Shown: positions 1 to 11,539 of the stretch, piece after piece | Position numbering within the stretch: the stretch's first letter is position 1 | Layout of the letters: each line of letters opens with the position of its first letter | Source of the DNA: Terriglobia bacterium | GTDB taxonomy: Bacteria; Acidobacteriota; Terriglobia; 2-12-FULL-54-10 | Direction of reading: 5' to 3' | Length of the DNA: 64,000 nucleotides | Assembly: GCA_963666975.2 (NCBI GenBank) | Contig: CAXVYR010000003.1 | Span: forward strand, 1,120,001 to 1,184,000 | Position numbers and translations under genes: made by a program | Notes under the pieces: generated by a model | Databases searched by the model: none | What the model was told of the DNA's origin: nothing | What the model saw: the letters and a program-made list of their open reading frames with translations, nothing else

Positions 1-97
1 CACATCCCCAATTTCTTCGAGGAAATCGCGTAGGGTGAGGTTCCGCCTCCCCACAATGAAGCACCGGCTTGATTTACTCCCGCAGCAGCCACCTTCC

Positions 98-748
98 TCA
101 CCTCCAAAACAAAAGCAAACAGAGAATATAAATCCAGAGCCCGTCCATAAAATGCCAGTAAATGGACATCACTTCCACCACCGTTCGCTTGGCCGGTCCC
201 AGGCGGTAGCGCCAAGCCTCCACGGTAACATAAAGAAGGGCCAGCACTCCGCCCAGCAGGTGCAACCCGTGCGAACCCGTCAGCAGGTAAAAAAACGAGC
301 TGCTGGGGTTGGTCGCCAAGTAGATCCCCTGGGAGGAAAGCTGATTCCAGACCAGCAGTTGCCCGGCCAAAAAAGCGGCTCCCAACACCGTTGTGACCGA
401 CAGCCAGCGATTGAATGCTTCCCGCAATCCGCGCTTCAACGCCCGGCGCGCGCGTTCGAGCGTCAGGCTGCTGAGAACAAGCAGCACTGTATTGGCCCAA
501 AGCAACGGCGGAATCGCAAGCGGTTGCCAGTCATCCGACAGCCCGCTGCGAACGATATAGGCGCTGGTGAAGGCCACGAACAGCATCGTGACGGCCACCA
601 AAGCCAGCCACATGCCCGTGCGGTACACGCTTTGGCCAACCCCCGGGGAAAAGCCGCCGGGGCCGGAATTACCAAAGCCTCCGGCTGGAAAATTCCCTCC
701 GCCGCCGAGGGTGGCTTCCGGTCTTTGAGGTGCTACCGTGGTTCCCAT
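98..748 (-). CDS. coxC: Cytochrome c oxidase subunit III
   Basis: Multi-TM protein with FFYLLTGSHGLH and YWHFMDGLW motifs; last gene of the cox operon. Confidence 0.92.
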   Translation of the reverse strand: MGTTVAPQRPEATLGGGGNFPAGGFGNSGPGGFSPGVGQSVYRTGMWLALVAVTMLFVAFTSAYIVRSGLSDDWQPLAIPPLLWANTVLLVLSSLTLERARRALKRGLREAFNRWLSVTTVLGAAFLAGQLLVWNQLSSQGIYLATNPSSSFFYLLTGSHGLHLLGGVLALLYVTVEAWRYRLGPAKRTVVEVMSIYWHFMDGLWIYILCLLLFWR

Positions 749-849
749 AACTTTCTCAATCTCTTTACTATCTTTATCACTCGCGCTTCCCGCGCGCCGA
801 TTGCCACAACATTTTCGAGCCAGAGCTTCCGAACATCGGTTAGTGGGGG

Positions 850-2586
850 TTAGTCGGGAGCGGTCTGCATCTGATAATCTTCCGCAGCGCCCGGCTTGCC
901 GTATTCGTAAGCTCCGCGATAAACGATTGGTTCCTTGCCGCCAAAGTTGTCATGGGGAGGCGGAGAGGGAACGGTCCATTCCAGCGTAGTGGAATGCCAG
1001 GGGTTGATGTCGGCTTTGGCTCCCCGGAAGTAGCTCCAGATCAGGTTTATCAGGAACAGGAATTGGGCAGAGATGGTGATGATAGCTGCAATCGTGATGA
1101 ACAAGTGAACCGGATCGAGCGCCGCCAGGAAATCCACCGAGGTGGTATCGGGGTAGCGCCGCGGGTGCCCGGCCATCCCCAGGAAATGCATCGGCATGAA
1201 AATGGCGTAGACGCCGATGAAGGTAAACCCAAAATGGATTTTCCCCATAGTGTCACTCATCATCCGCCCCACCACCTTGGGAAACCAGTAGTAGGTGGCG
1301 CCGAAGATTCCAAAAATCGCCGCCACTCCCATAATCATGTGAAAGTGCCCGACCACGAAGTAGGTATCATGGAAATAAAGGTCCAGCGCGGGCTGGCCCA
1401 GAAAGATGCCGCTCAGGCCTCCGGTCACAAACAGAGAGACAAATCCAATCGCGTAGAGCATCGGCGTCGTGAAGCGGATTGAGCCGCCCCACAGAGTCCC
1501 CAGCCAGTTGAACGTCTTGATGGCGGAAGGAACGCCGATGGCCATGGTCAATACCGAGAAAGCAATGGCGGAGTATGGGCTCATCCCGCTGATGAACATG
1601 TGATGTCCCCAGACGAAGAACCCCAAAAAGCCGATGCCCAGGATGGCGTACACCATCGCCCGGTAGCCGAAGATGGGTTTGCGCGCAAAAGTGGACAGAA
1701 GCTGGGAAGCGACGCCCATGCCCGGCAGGATGGCAATGTAAACCTCCGGATGGCCGAAGAACCAAAACAAGTGCTGCCAAAGCAGCGGGGAGCCGCCCTT
1801 ATGAGAAAGAATCTGTTCGCTGACTACCAAACCGCCCGGGATAAAGAAGCTCGTTCCGGCCGTTCGGTCCAGTATCAGAAGAATCCCGCCCGCCAGAAGG
1901 ACTCCAAAAGCGAGCAAGCCCAGGATCGCCGTCACAAACCATGTCCAGACGGTGAGCGGCATGCGCATCAGAGACATCCCCTTGGCCCGAAGGTCCAAAG
2001 TGGTGGCGATAAAATTCAACGCTCCCATCAAGGCGCCGGCACAGAAGATTGCGAGGCTGGTGATCCACAACGTCTGCCCCAACCCCAGCCCCGGGCCGGC
2101 AACCTCCCCTACGGCGCTGAGCGGCGGATAGGCGGTCCAGCCGGATATGGGCGCTCCGCCGGTCACAAAGAAAGCCGCCAGCATGACCATAAAAGCTAGA
2201 AAGGTCACCCAGAAGGAAAGCATGTTCAGGAACGGAAAAGCCATGTCGGCGGCGCCGATCTGGATGGGAAGAAAGTAATTTCCAAAACCACCTTGCGGGG
2301 CCGTCGTGAGGACGAAAAAAACCATCAAGGTTCCATGCATCGTCATCAGCGCCAGATAGGCTTCCGGCGTCATCACGCCGATTCCAAACGGCAATTCCGC
2401 ATTGGGCCAAGCCAGGCGGAGACGCATGAACAAGGACAGGCCCATGCCCACGAAGACCGCGACCAAAGCCAGCAGGTAATACTGGATCCCGATGACCTTA
2501 TGATCGTAGCTGAAGATGTATTTGCGGATGAAACCCTGCGGAGCCTCGTGGTGAACGGCTGCCGATGCTGCTGCTTCTGCCATCAC
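850..2586 (-). CDS. coxA: Cytochrome c oxidase subunit I (A1 type)
   Basis: DHKVIG, GWTAYPPL, WFFGHPEVY, VWGHHMF and HDTYFVVGHFH motifs. Confidence 0.97.
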   Translation of the reverse strand: MMAEAAASAAVHHEAPQGFIRKYIFSYDHKVIGIQYYLLALVAVFVGMGLSLFMRLRLAWPNAELPFGIGVMTPEAYLALMTMHGTLMVFFVLTTAPQGGFGNYFLPIQIGAADMAFPFLNMLSFWVTFLAFMVMLAAFFVTGGAPISGWTAYPPLSAVGEVAGPGLGLGQTLWITSLAIFCAGALMGALNFIATTLDLRAKGMSLMRMPLTVWTWFVTAILGLLAFGVLLAGGILLILDRTAGTSFFIPGGLVVSEQILSHKGGSPLLWQHLFWFFGHPEVYIAILPGMGVASQLLSTFARKPIFGYRAMVYAILGIGFLGFFVWGHHMFISGMSPYSAIAFSVLTMAIGVPSAIKTFNWLGTLWGGSIRFTTPMLYAIGFVSLFVTGGLSGIFLGQPALDLYFHDTYFVVGHFHMIMGVAAIFGIFGATYYWFPKVVGRMMSDTMGKIHFGFTFIGVYAIFMPMHFLGMAGHPRRYPDTTSVDFLAALDPVHLFITIAAIITISAQFLFLINLIWSYFRGAKADINPWHSTTLEWTVPSPPPHDNFGGKEPIVYRGAYEYGKPGAAEDYQMQTAPD

Positions 2587-2645
2587 TTATTTCCTCATTT
2601 TCCTTGTCGCAAATCCCCGTTGCTCACCTTAATTATGACCGGCGC

Positions 2646-3434
2646 TTATTCCATGGCATTGTCGCGGAGCCAATCCTGAAAATCCTCCTCCGACATCACC
2701 AGGAGATAGCTCCTCATTTGAGAGTGCCCCAGTCCGCACAATTCGGCGCAAGGAATTTCATACTGTCCCACAATATTCGCCGTGAAATGAAGAGGGATCT
2801 CCATCCCCGGAACCGCGTCTTGTTTGAGCCGCATCTCCCGCACAAAAAAGCTATGGATCACGTCCTTGGAGCGCAAAATCACCTCCACAGGGCGGTCCAC
2901 GGGCACTGCCATCACCGGCATCACCAAGTCGTCCGTGGCAGCCGGATCGTCAAAATCCAGCCCTAGTGGATTGCCAGCAGATTCATTTATGAATTCCGGC
3001 GAGAGTCGGCCGAAACGGCCATCCGGTCCTGAATAGCGGAAGTTCCATACGAACTGCTGCCCTGTGACCTCGATCTGAATGGCGTCGGCAGGCGACGACT
3101 CCAAATGCACCTGGGCCCAGATGTGCTGGCCGGCCAAGACCAGCCCAATAAACAGAATAGCCGTTGCTAAGGTCCAAATGATTTCCATCTTCGTGTTTCC
3201 ATGGGAATAATGTCCCCGCCCGCCTCGGTCGCGGTAACGAAAGATCACGTAACACAAACCTAGTTGAGCGAAAAAGAAGATGATCCCGGTGACAACCAGC
3301 GTCAGCATGAACTGCTCGTCGTAGGCCGCTCTTTGTTCGGAGATGAGCGGGGGAAACCACCATATTTTCGCCGCGAAGATGTACATGGACACAATGGTAA
3401 TCAGGCTGATCACCAACGCGAGTAAAAACGCCAT
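2646..3434 (-). CDS. coxB: Cytochrome c oxidase subunit II
   Basis: CuA ligands DVIHSF...CAELCGLGHSQM; likely start MAFLLALV at 3434 rather than the ORF-track start 3575. Confidence 0.93.
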   Translation of the reverse strand: MAFLLALVISLITIVSMYIFAAKIWWFPPLISEQRAAYDEQFMLTLVVTGIIFFFAQLGLCYVIFRYRDRGGRGHYSHGNTKMEIIWTLATAILFIGLVLAGQHIWAQVHLESSPADAIQIEVTGQQFVWNFRYSGPDGRFGRLSPEFINESAGNPLGLDFDDPAATDDLVMPVMAVPVDRPVEVILRSKDVIHSFFVREMRLKQDAVPGMEIPLHFTANIVGQYEIPCAELCGLGHSQMRSYLLVMSEEDFQDWLRDNAME

Positions 3435-3742
3435 ATTCCCAACTCCAGATTGAACTTGCGAGCGCGTTCCACCTATGTTCCTCGGGTGGGGAACGCCCGG
3501 CAAAAGCAGGAGTGTAACAGCAAACAAAAGTTTTGGAAAGGAGAAAATTCCCCCACCTCTTACTGCGCAGCACAATCCTCACATTCCCTCAAATGCTGCA
3601 AGGAAGCAAGGGGATTGATGCAGATTTAGGGGCACGAACGGCAAAAAAGCATTGGGCTGGATGACAAAGACGGGTAGATTAGGCTAGCTCTGCGGCGTTT
3701 CTGGAGGAAAACCAAAAATTTACGCGGGGTCTCGGGAGGAAT

Positions 3743-5425
3743 ATGGAGTCGTATGCTCTGATAGCCTTGCTGCCTGTCATCTCAGTGATGATCTTCCTAG
3801 TGGTGCTCCGCTGGCCCGCTGTCAAAGCGATGCCGGTGGCTTACGCCGTCACTTTTGTGATCGCTGTGGCTCTCTGGCGCGTCCCCTTGGTTCAGGTCAT
3901 GGCCGCCAGTCTCCGCGGAGCGACCATCGCGGGGACCCTTCTTTGGATTATTTTTGGAGCCGTCCTGCTGCTGTTCACGCTGCGGGAGAGCGGCGCGCTC
4001 AACACCATTCGGCAAGGCTTTCATGGCATCTCCGAGGACCGCCGCATTCAAGCCATCCTGGTGGCGTGGCTTTTCGGGTCTTTCATTGAAGGCGCCGCAG
4101 GTTTCGGGACCCCGGCGGCCGTGGCGGCTCCTCTCCTGCTGGTTCTCGGGTTCCCGGCGCTGGCAGCCGTCATGGTGTCACTGATTATTCAAAGCACGCC
4201 GGTCAGCTTCGGGGCCGTGGGCACGCCGATCCTTGTGGGGATGGGACAATCCTTGAACGTCCCCCAGGTCGAAAATGCCCTGGCGCAGGCGCAGATACCG
4301 TATACGGAATTCATCCAGCAGATTGGAATCTTCGCCGCCATTCCCCACGCCATAATCGGAACGCTAATTCCGCTCGTCATGGTTGCCATGATGACGCGTT
4401 TCTTCGGCCACAGAAGATCATTTCGGGAAGGACTTGAGGTCTGGAAGTTCGCCTGCTTCGCGGGGCTTGCTTTCACGGTTCCTTACGTGGCCGTCGCCAT
4501 TTTTCTGGGGCCGGAATTCCCTTCCCTGCTGGGAGGATTGGCGGGACTGGCAATTGTGGTCCCGGCAGCGCACAAAGGGTTTCTGATTCCCAGCGGCGAG
4601 CCTTGGCAATTCCCGCCGAAACAGGAATGGGAGCCCGAATGGATCGGGTCCATCGCCGCCGGTCCTGACCAAAACCAGGATCACAACCGCCATTCGCTGT
4701 TTCGCGCATGGACACCCTACTTGCTGGTAGCGGCGCTGCTGGTGGTGACCCGGTTGCCGTTTCTTCCTCTGAAAAACTGGCTCACCTCGGTCGAATTCAG
4801 ATGGGCGGACATTCTGGGGACCGGCATGTCGCAGGCGTTCCAACCCTTGTATCTGCCCGGCACCATTTTCGTAATTGTGGCTGCGATGACGATTTGGCTT
4901 CACCGCATGAAGGCGTCTGAAGTGAAAGAAGCATGGCGTGATGCGGCGCACAAACTAGCCGGACCTTCGCTGGCGTTGCTGTTTGCCGTGGGTATGGTGA
5001 GGGTCTTTATCGACTCGGGAGAAAATGGGGCAGGGTTGGAGAGCATGCCGCTGGTAGTGGCGGATGCTGCGGCGCGGCTGGCGGGAGCTGCCTGGCCGTT
5101 CTTCGCTCCCGCCATCGGGGCACTGGGCGCCTTTGTTGCCGGAAGCAATACGGTCAGCGACCTGATGTTCAGCCTGTTTCAGTATGGCGTGGCCGACCGC
5201 ATCGGCGTCCCGCATCTGGTGATTTTGGGATTGCAAGCGGTGGGAGGAGCAGCCGGGAACATGATCGCGGTTCACAATGTCGTCGCCGCCAGCGCAACAG
5301 TAGGATTGGTGGGACGCGAAGGAGCGTTGATCCGCAAGACGATCCTGCCGATGATCTATTACCTGGCGGCGGCAGGTGTCCTGGGCTTGCTGTTTTCTTA
5401 CATAATTTTCCCGCAGGTCTTTTAG
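3743..5425 (+). CDS. lctP: L-lactate permease
   Basis: [23 protein letters not shown] and [10 protein letters not shown] motifs; GGAGG RBS upstream. Confidence 0.92.
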   Translation: MESYALIALLPVISVMIFLVVLRWPAVKAMPVAYAVTFVIAVALWRVPLVQVMAASLRGATIAGTLLWIIFGAVLLLFTLRESGALNTIRQGFHGISEDRRIQAILVAWLFGSFIEGAAGFGTPAAVAAPLLLVLGFPALAAVMVSLIIQSTPVSFGAVGTPILVGMGQSLNVPQVENALAQAQIPYTEFIQQIGIFAAIPHAIIGTLIPLVMVAMMTRFFGHRRSFREGLEVWKFACFAGLAFTVPYVAVAIFLGPEFPSLLGGLAGLAIVVPAAHKGFLIPSGEPWQFPPKQEWEPEWIGSIAAGPDQNQDHNRHSLFRAWTPYLLVAALLVVTRLPFLPLKNWLTSVEFRWADILGTGMSQAFQPLYLPGTIFVIVAAMTIWLHRMKASEVKEAWRDAAHKLAGPSLALLFAVGMVRVFIDSGENGAGLESMPLVVADAAARLAGAAWPFFAPAIGALGAFVAGSNTVSDLMFSLFQYGVADRIGVPHLVILGLQAVGGAAGNMIAVHNVVAASATVGLVGREGALIRKTILPMIYYLAAAGVLGLLFSYIIFPQVF

Positions 5426-5475
5426 TAGTATTGTGAGGTAGTGCCGCGAGACGAGATGCCCTTGGGCGCTCTGAT

Positions 5476-6759
5476 TCACGAACCCAAAGGCAGCAGGTTG
5501 CCGTCGGGATCGAATTTCATCCTCTCCCAGTTGCCCTCGGACTGCAATCTCTCCTCCTTGCCAAGCAAATCTGCGTAAGCCTCCGAGACGGTCAGGTGCT
5601 CCAGCGAAAGCGTATCGGCAATGCGGACGACCCTGGGAGCGCTATTTTCCGGCAGGGCCAGCGAAACCAAGCCTTGAGAAATCGCTTCCCGGTCGGTTTC
5701 AAAATGGATGGGAATTTTGGCGTTCTGCGGGGTCAGCGCCGTCAGCACGTTGATGTAGGTCGTCGGTTTGTCCATGGCCTGAACCATTCGTGTTGTCGTC
5801 AGGTCGGCCAAGCCGATCCCAATCGCGTTTCCCCGCGTCTCGGGGGTCAGCTCGCGTACGAATATGCGGCTGATGTGAGGCCGCCCCTGCCCGCCGCCGG
5901 CAAGCGATGCAGAGTAACCATGCACATGCCTCCCGATAATGTTGGGGTCCATTCCCGTTCCGCTGATGTTTTTTCCGATCCGGTCCACGATCAGCAGGTC
6001 GATCTGGTCGAAAGGCAGCTTCGGCATCAACACCTTGGCCCTGGCGTGCAGTTGCTCTTCGCGGCTCTCCATCTCCTCCGGTTTCAAGAACTCGATCTGG
6101 GCCGTTTCATGGACGGCATCTTCGAGAATCGCCACCCCGCAAAGAATCGGCGCTGACCGAATGATGAGTTGTGAAACCGTTCGGATTACCCGCTCATGGT
6201 CCAGCCGTGCAGACCGCGCATGGCAAGTGGCCGCGCCGACGTGCTTGCCCAGCCCAATCGAGATCATCTTCAGGATGCCGCTGCCGATCGAGGCCTCAAA
6301 ATCGGTGTGCGGCTTCACGCGATTCACCACGATGATGCCGTCCGCGCCGAGTGCTTCGGTGCTGAACCATGCCTCGACCCCGTTCTCGGTGCTGCCCAGG
6401 CTCTTGACCTCCATGGAAGCCTTCACCGGCACGCCCAGCTTCTGCTCGGTGATCCCGAAGGTGGCCAGCAGTTCAGTCTGTCCTTCGGGCGTTGCGCCGC
6501 CGTGCGACCCCATCGCCGGGACGATAAAAGGCTTGCTCCCGGCGGCTTTGAGCAACTCCAGCAGGCAGGAGACGATTTTGTCCAGGTTTCGGATGCCCCG
6601 GCTGCCGACGGCAACTGCGATCCGGCTTCCCTGCTCAATCCGTTCCCCGATTCCCGGAGATCGGAAGCCCTGTTCGATGACGGCGCGGATGTCGAGCGGC
6701 TGAGACTTCGGAAAACGCTGGCGGACTTGAATCATGCGGGGAAAGCTGTCCTGCATCAT
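5476..6759 (-). CDS. LarA-like N-terminal domain (DUF2088/DUF362-type) protein
   Basis: AVGSRGI, PAMGSHGGAT, NRVKPHTDF and GKNISGTGMD motifs. Confidence 0.75.
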   Translation of the reverse strand: MMQDSFPRMIQVRQRFPKSQPLDIRAVIEQGFRSPGIGERIEQGSRIAVAVGSRGIRNLDKIVSCLLELLKAAGSKPFIVPAMGSHGGATPEGQTELLATFGITEQKLGVPVKASMEVKSLGSTENGVEAWFSTEALGADGIIVVNRVKPHTDFEASIGSGILKMISIGLGKHVGAATCHARSARLDHERVIRTVSQLIIRSAPILCGVAILEDAVHETAQIEFLKPEEMESREEQLHARAKVLMPKLPFDQIDLLIVDRIGKNISGTGMDPNIIGRHVHGYSASLAGGGQGRPHISRIFVRELTPETRGNAIGIGLADLTTTRMVQAMDKPTTYINVLTALTPQNAKIPIHFETDREAISQGLVSLALPENSAPRVVRIADTLSLEHLTVSEAYADLLGKEERLQSEGNWERMKFDPDGNLLPLGS

Positions 6760-6882
6760 CAGGCCTCAAAATGCTGCAACGTGAAACGGATGACGGAAGA
6801 TGGAAGATGGATGACAGATGACGGTTGATAGATGACGAATGCCGCCAGCGGCTCACCCTCCAGCCTTCTTCCGTGTAAACCT

Positions 6883-7113
6883 CTACTTTTTCTTTTCCGC
6901 GTTCCAAAGCCCGCGCGAGATGACACGGCCGCAGAACGGACAATAGTTCACCGCCAGATAGGAGACGCGCTCCATCTCCACATTTCGCAGGAAGTACTCC
7001 GAATCAATTTCGTTGAGTATCCGGCCGGCGGGCAAGCGGTGGATCGGGTCGTTCGCCAGAAATTCCAGGTCGAGGGCTTTTTGCATATCCGTACAGCAAC
7101 TGCTTAGGTTCAT
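6883..7113 (-). CDS. Small hypothetical protein with CC and CPFCG motifs (possible zinc binding)
   Basis: 76-aa ORF with SCC at the N-terminus and YCPFCG near the C-terminus. Confidence 0.6.
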   Translation of the reverse strand: MNLSSCCTDMQKALDLEFLANDPIHRLPAGRILNEIDSEYFLRNVEMERVSYLAVNYCPFCGRVISRGLWNAEKKK

Positions 7114-7457
7114 GCTGGAGAGTTTATACGAAGCAGAGGCAGGCTGTCACCCCGGATAGCTAGCAGCTACCGCGCCGCCGCCCTCTAGCAATTATTACCG
7201 CCCCGAAGGCACGCGGCGCTTTAAGTCTTGAATCCGAGCCGCGTGCGCCTGTCCCGCCTGCCCTGAGCGGAGTCGAAACGATCCGTCCCTGTGGGCATCC
7301 TCTAAAAAGTAGTGGCAGGCGCCGCTCGCTCCCCGCTGCCTCTGCTTGATCGGCTCATCAAACAGGGCCGCCAAAGAGAAGGAGGCGTCTCCCGTCATGT
7401 GCTGTCCTATATTGCTATTCTCAACGATTGACCTGCCCCCGGTTATTGGTCCACTAT

Positions 7458-8297
7458 CTATGTTAGACCATACGCCGTTGCAGCCGGGTGGAGCGGAGCG
7501 GAACCCGGCAGTAACGGCAGGATCACTTCCGGGGCTGGCGGTCGGTAGCCCAACGCGCTGTGCGGGCGAACCTTGTTATACTCCCGCCGCCATCCCTCAA
7601 TCAACACCTTTGCTTCCCGCAAAGTGTAGAAGATCACTCTATTCAGAAACTCGTCTCGTAATTTTCCGTTAAACGATTCTACATACCCGTTTTCCCATGG
7701 GCTCCCAGGCGCGATGAAGAGGGTTTTCACCCCTACCCGCTCCAGCCAGTTCCGCACCAACCGTGCTGTGAACTCGGACCCATTATCCGAGCGAAGGTAA
7801 TCGGTAACTCCCCGCTCCACAAACAAGGCTGCCAGCCGTTCCAAAACACTCATCGAATCGGCTCGCCGTTCTACGTCGATCGCCAAACACTCTCGCGTGT
7901 ACTCATCCACCACCGTCAACATCTTCAGTGGACGACCGTCCCGGGTTCGATCTGCCACAAAATCGTATGCCCAGACATGATCCGGCCAACACGGTCGTAA
8001 CCGAAGGCACGACCCATCGTTCAACCACAGTCGGCCTCTTCGGGGTTGTTTCTTCGGCACTTTCAGCCCCTCCTGCCGCCAGATTCTCTCCACACGCTTA
8101 TGGTTCACTTGCCACCCCTCCCGTCTCAACAACGCCGTGATCCGCCGGTAGCCGTAACGGCCGTACTCGCCGGCTAGCTGCAGCGTCCGGGTTACCAGTC
8201 TCGGTTCATCCTGTGGTGCCCAGCTTCGACGCCGCTGTGTGGATCGATACTGCTTCAGCACTCGACACGCCCGCCGCTCCCAAGGTCTGGCAGACAT
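7458..8297 (-). CDS. IS3 transposase OrfB (DDE)
   Basis: YGYRRI, WAYDF, RSDNGSEF and WENGYVESFNGKLRDE motifs. Confidence 0.93.
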   Translation of the reverse strand: MSARPWERRACRVLKQYRSTQRRRSWAPQDEPRLVTRTLQLAGEYGRYGYRRITALLRREGWQVNHKRVERIWRQEGLKVPKKQPRRGRLWLNDGSCLRLRPCWPDHVWAYDFVADRTRDGRPLKMLTVVDEYTRECLAIDVERRADSMSVLERLAALFVERGVTDYLRSDNGSEFTARLVRNWLERVGVKTLFIAPGSPWENGYVESFNGKLRDEFLNRVIFYTLREAKVLIEGWRREYNKVRPHSALGYRPPAPEVILPLLPGSAPLHPAATAYGLT

Positions 8298-8327
8298 GCT
8301 CCACTGCCTGCCTCCGTCGGCGCGGGC

Positions 8328-8606
8328 TCAGAAGTTTCCCGAGGATGCCTCCTTCAGTATCGCAAGGTCCAACGCCTGATCCGCTACCAACTTCTTCAGT
8401 CGGCCATTCTCCCGTTCCAGTTCCTTCAGACGCCTCACCTGATCAACCCGTAAGCTCCCGTACTCCTTCCGCCATCGATAATATGTCTGTTCCGTGATTC
8501 CCAACTTCCGACAGACCTCTCCGGTTGTCTGGCCCTTAGCCAGTTCCACTTCCGCCTCTCGTAGATGTCGGATGATCTGTTCGGCTGTATATCGCTTCTT
8601 CGGCAT
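8328..8606 (-). CDS. IS3 transposase OrfA
   Basis: MPKKRYTAEQII...TYYRWRKEYG, HTH plus leucine zipper. Confidence 0.93.
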   Translation of the reverse strand: MPKKRYTAEQIIRHLREAEVELAKGQTTGEVCRKLGITEQTYYRWRKEYGSLRVDQVRRLKELERENGRLKKLVADQALDLAILKEASSGNF

Positions 8607-8683
8607 CCTCTCCCCCTTCCTCAGTCCAGTCCGTACCCTAAACTCTAACTTGTCAACTGGACCAATTTATGGGGGGCAGGTCA

Positions 8684-9508
8684 CATGCCATTGGCGGGGA
8701 AGGAGCACGGGTTGGGCCGGACCTTGCCGCAGTGGCCAGCAACCGCAACCCGGTAGCCTGGGTCACAACCATGTGGAACCATGCTCCCGGCATGTTTCGC
8801 GCGCTGGCCGGAAGGGGCATTCCCTTCCCCCAATTCCAGGGAACCGAGATGGTGGACTTGCAGAGCTACATACGGGTGATGGCAGGCCCGGAGGCGGAAC
8901 AGGGTATCTATCTTCGTCTACCCTACCCTGACAATGGCGCGTCTCTGTTTCGAACGAAGCAATGCATCCGCTGCCACAGCATTGGAGGCCGCGGCGGAAG
9001 GGTGGGACCAGACCTGACGCGTGTGGCGCTGCCACGGCGGTATGGGGAGATCGCCGTGATCATGTGGAATCACGCGCCCCAGATGAACCGTCTCGTGGCC
9101 GCCCAATCCATTCCCTATCCCCAGTTCAAAACCCAGGAGTTGGCCGATGTGCTGGCCTACCTCAGTTCTTTGTCGCGAAGCCGACCGGGAGACCTGAAAG
9201 CCGGGGCCGAAACCTTTACGGCGAAAGGCTGCACCGGGTGCCACTCCACCATTGCAGCAGCGGATAGCACCGCCACAAGCAGCACGGGACCGAACCTGAC
9301 ACGTCTCCAAGAGAGTCTTACACCCGTCAGCATTGCCCGCACCATGTGGAATCACGGACCGGCCATGCTGCAGCAGATGGAAAGCTCTTCCATCCCCTGG
9401 CCTTTGTTCAACGGCAAAGAACTGGCCGATACGCTGGCATATCTCGAAAGCATCCAGAACCCATCCCGGCCAACGGCGCAACCCGCATCTTCCGGAGGGC
9501 AGCCATGA
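8684..9508 (+). pseudogene. Multi-domain c-type cytochrome, 5'-truncated by the IS3
   Basis: CIRCH and CTGCH heme motifs and repeated GPDL..MWNH units; the first unit starts at the His immediately after the IS end. Confidence 0.85.
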
Positions 9509-11519
9509 AGTTGGACCGCCGCGATTTTCTATTTTTGGCCGGGGGGGCGGCCGGCGGGGCAGCCGCAGGGCGCCTGAGCCTTCGGGGCTTGAGCCGCATG
9601 AACGAAGCCCTGGCTCCAGAGATGGCGTCCTATCCGGGCGAGGAAAAGTGGGTCACCTCGATCTGCCGCCTCTGCCCCGGCGGGTGCGGTCTCCGAGTGC
9701 GAACGGTGGGAGGACGGCCCGTCAAGGTAAACGGCAATCCCTTCTACCCGTCCAACCGGGAGGGTATCTGCTCGCGCGGACAGGCGCTCTTGCAGTGGCT
9801 CTACCATCCCGACCGGATTCTCCAGCCTCAGTGGCGCGGCAACACACGGCAAAAATATGAAGCCATCCCCTGGGATCAGGCGTTGGAGATACTGGCTGCG
9901 CGGTTGCGAAAGTTAAGCGCCGAGAATCGCCAGAGCGGGTTGGTTGTTGTCACCGGACGGGGGGCAGGGTTGACCCGCAATCTGTTATCCCGCTTTCCGT
10001 CATCCTACGGCAGTAAACCTCTGTTTTGTCTGCCTGTTGGGACGGAAACGGCACAGCAAGCCTTGGAGCTGATGACCGGCTCTTTCCACACGGGAGGCGC
10101 AAGCCGCCTGGCCTATGATCTGGAAAACGCCCGCACCGTGCTGAATTTCGGCTGCGACATGCTCGAAGGGTGGGGGACTCCCGCGCACACCCTGGGGATT
10201 TTCGGACGCTGGCGCGACGGCAGCAACAGCAGGAGAACTACGCTGATCCATTTCGGCTCCAGACTTTCCGTCTCAGCCGCCCGCGCCAACGAGTGGGTGC
10301 CTGTAGAGCCCGGCACGCTGGGCGCTGTCGCCTTGGGCCTGGCCTATGTGCTGATCTCGGAGGGTCTGTACAACCGGGAGTTCATTGACAGCTACACCAC
10401 TGGCTTCGAAGACTGGACCGATTCTTCCGGGAGGCAACGCACGGGGTTCCGGAGACTGGTTCGGGCGGAGTATCGTCTTTCGCGTGTCTCTGAGATGACA
10501 GGCGTCGCTGCTGAAACCCTGGTGCGGATCGCCCGGCAGTTTGCCTCCGGTCCGGGAGCGGTGGCCATCGGGCCGCAACAGTCTCCGACCGAACCCGGCA
10601 GACTCTTCGACGCCATGTCGATCCATTCCTTGAATGCCCTGGCTGGCAGCATCGGGGCGCAAGGCGGGGTCGCGATCCTGCCATGTCCGAGGCTTTGCCA
10701 TGGAACACCGTCCCCGACCTGCTCCGCGCCAGCGCAGAGCGGGTGGCGCAGCATCAACGGGGATATCTGTTCGGCAGCGAGGTGGATGAGAGCTGGCAGC
10801 GGCTGCTGGAGCGAGGCGGCTGGTGGGCGCCCGACTGGAATTCCCCGGAGCAATTCTGGCAGGGGTTGCAAGAAAACGGAGGCTGGTGGGACCCGGCAAG
10901 CTGGCCTGCCGAACCGCAACGATTGTTCCAGACCGCTTCCGGCCGCTTTGAATTTTATTCCTTCCAGCTGGAGAAACTTTTACAGCAGCAACAAACCGCC
11001 CCCGACTCTTCTCCTAACTCCTCCTCTGAAACATCCTCCAATACGGCGAAGGACTGGGATCATCGTGTCCTGCCGCATCACACCGAATTGTTGCCAGCTT
11101 CCGGCTCGCAGCAGTTTCATCTACTGCTCGAGCCCTACGACATACTGCCTTTCTACAGAGGCGGAGGAGGTGCGATTCCTTTTTTGCAGCAGATTTCATC
11201 TCCCCTGGGCGGGGAACAATGGCAGAGCTGGGTGGAGATGAACGAGGAGGATGCCAGGAATCGGGACATTCACAATGGAGACACCGTATGGGTGGAATCA
11301 GCAGCGGGCCGAATCCGCCGCCGGGCACTCGTCATTGAGGGCGCGATGCCCGGCATCGTGGGAGCGCCCCGGGGCGGGGCACATTGGAGCAGCGATCACC
11401 CAGCCGGGCGCTGGGTTTCCCGGGAGGAATCGCTGGCAGACATATTGCTTCCTATCCTGGACCCGGTTTTGAACACGCGCAGCGCCGCTGCTACGCTGGT
11501 GAAAATTTACAAAGTGTAA
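9505..11519 (+). pseudogene. Molybdopterin-oxidoreductase-like subunit (QrcB/ActB-like), frameshifted near 10680
   Basis: Tat signal MKLDRRDFL and CRLCPGGC..C Fe-S motif; homology moves to ORF 10683-11519, which carries the C-terminal domain (WVEMN..DARNRDIHNGDTVWVES). Confidence 0.8.
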
Positions 11520-11539
11520 AAGCGAAAGGGCAGGTTGCA

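Larger units (their letters stand above)
7429..8683 (-). mobile_element. IS3-family insertion sequence, complete
   Basis: Terminal IRs TGACCTGCCCCC...GGGGGCAGGTCA enclosing orfA and orfB; no target duplication visible. Confidence 0.93.

Noticed and set aside
35-853. Long antisense or alternate-frame ORFs over cox, IS and other genes
   Set aside because: GC-rich shadow ORFs overlapping well-supported genes.
6788-6840. Degenerate GATGACR heptamer tandem repeat
   Set aside because: Short low-complexity intergenic repeat with no supportable function.
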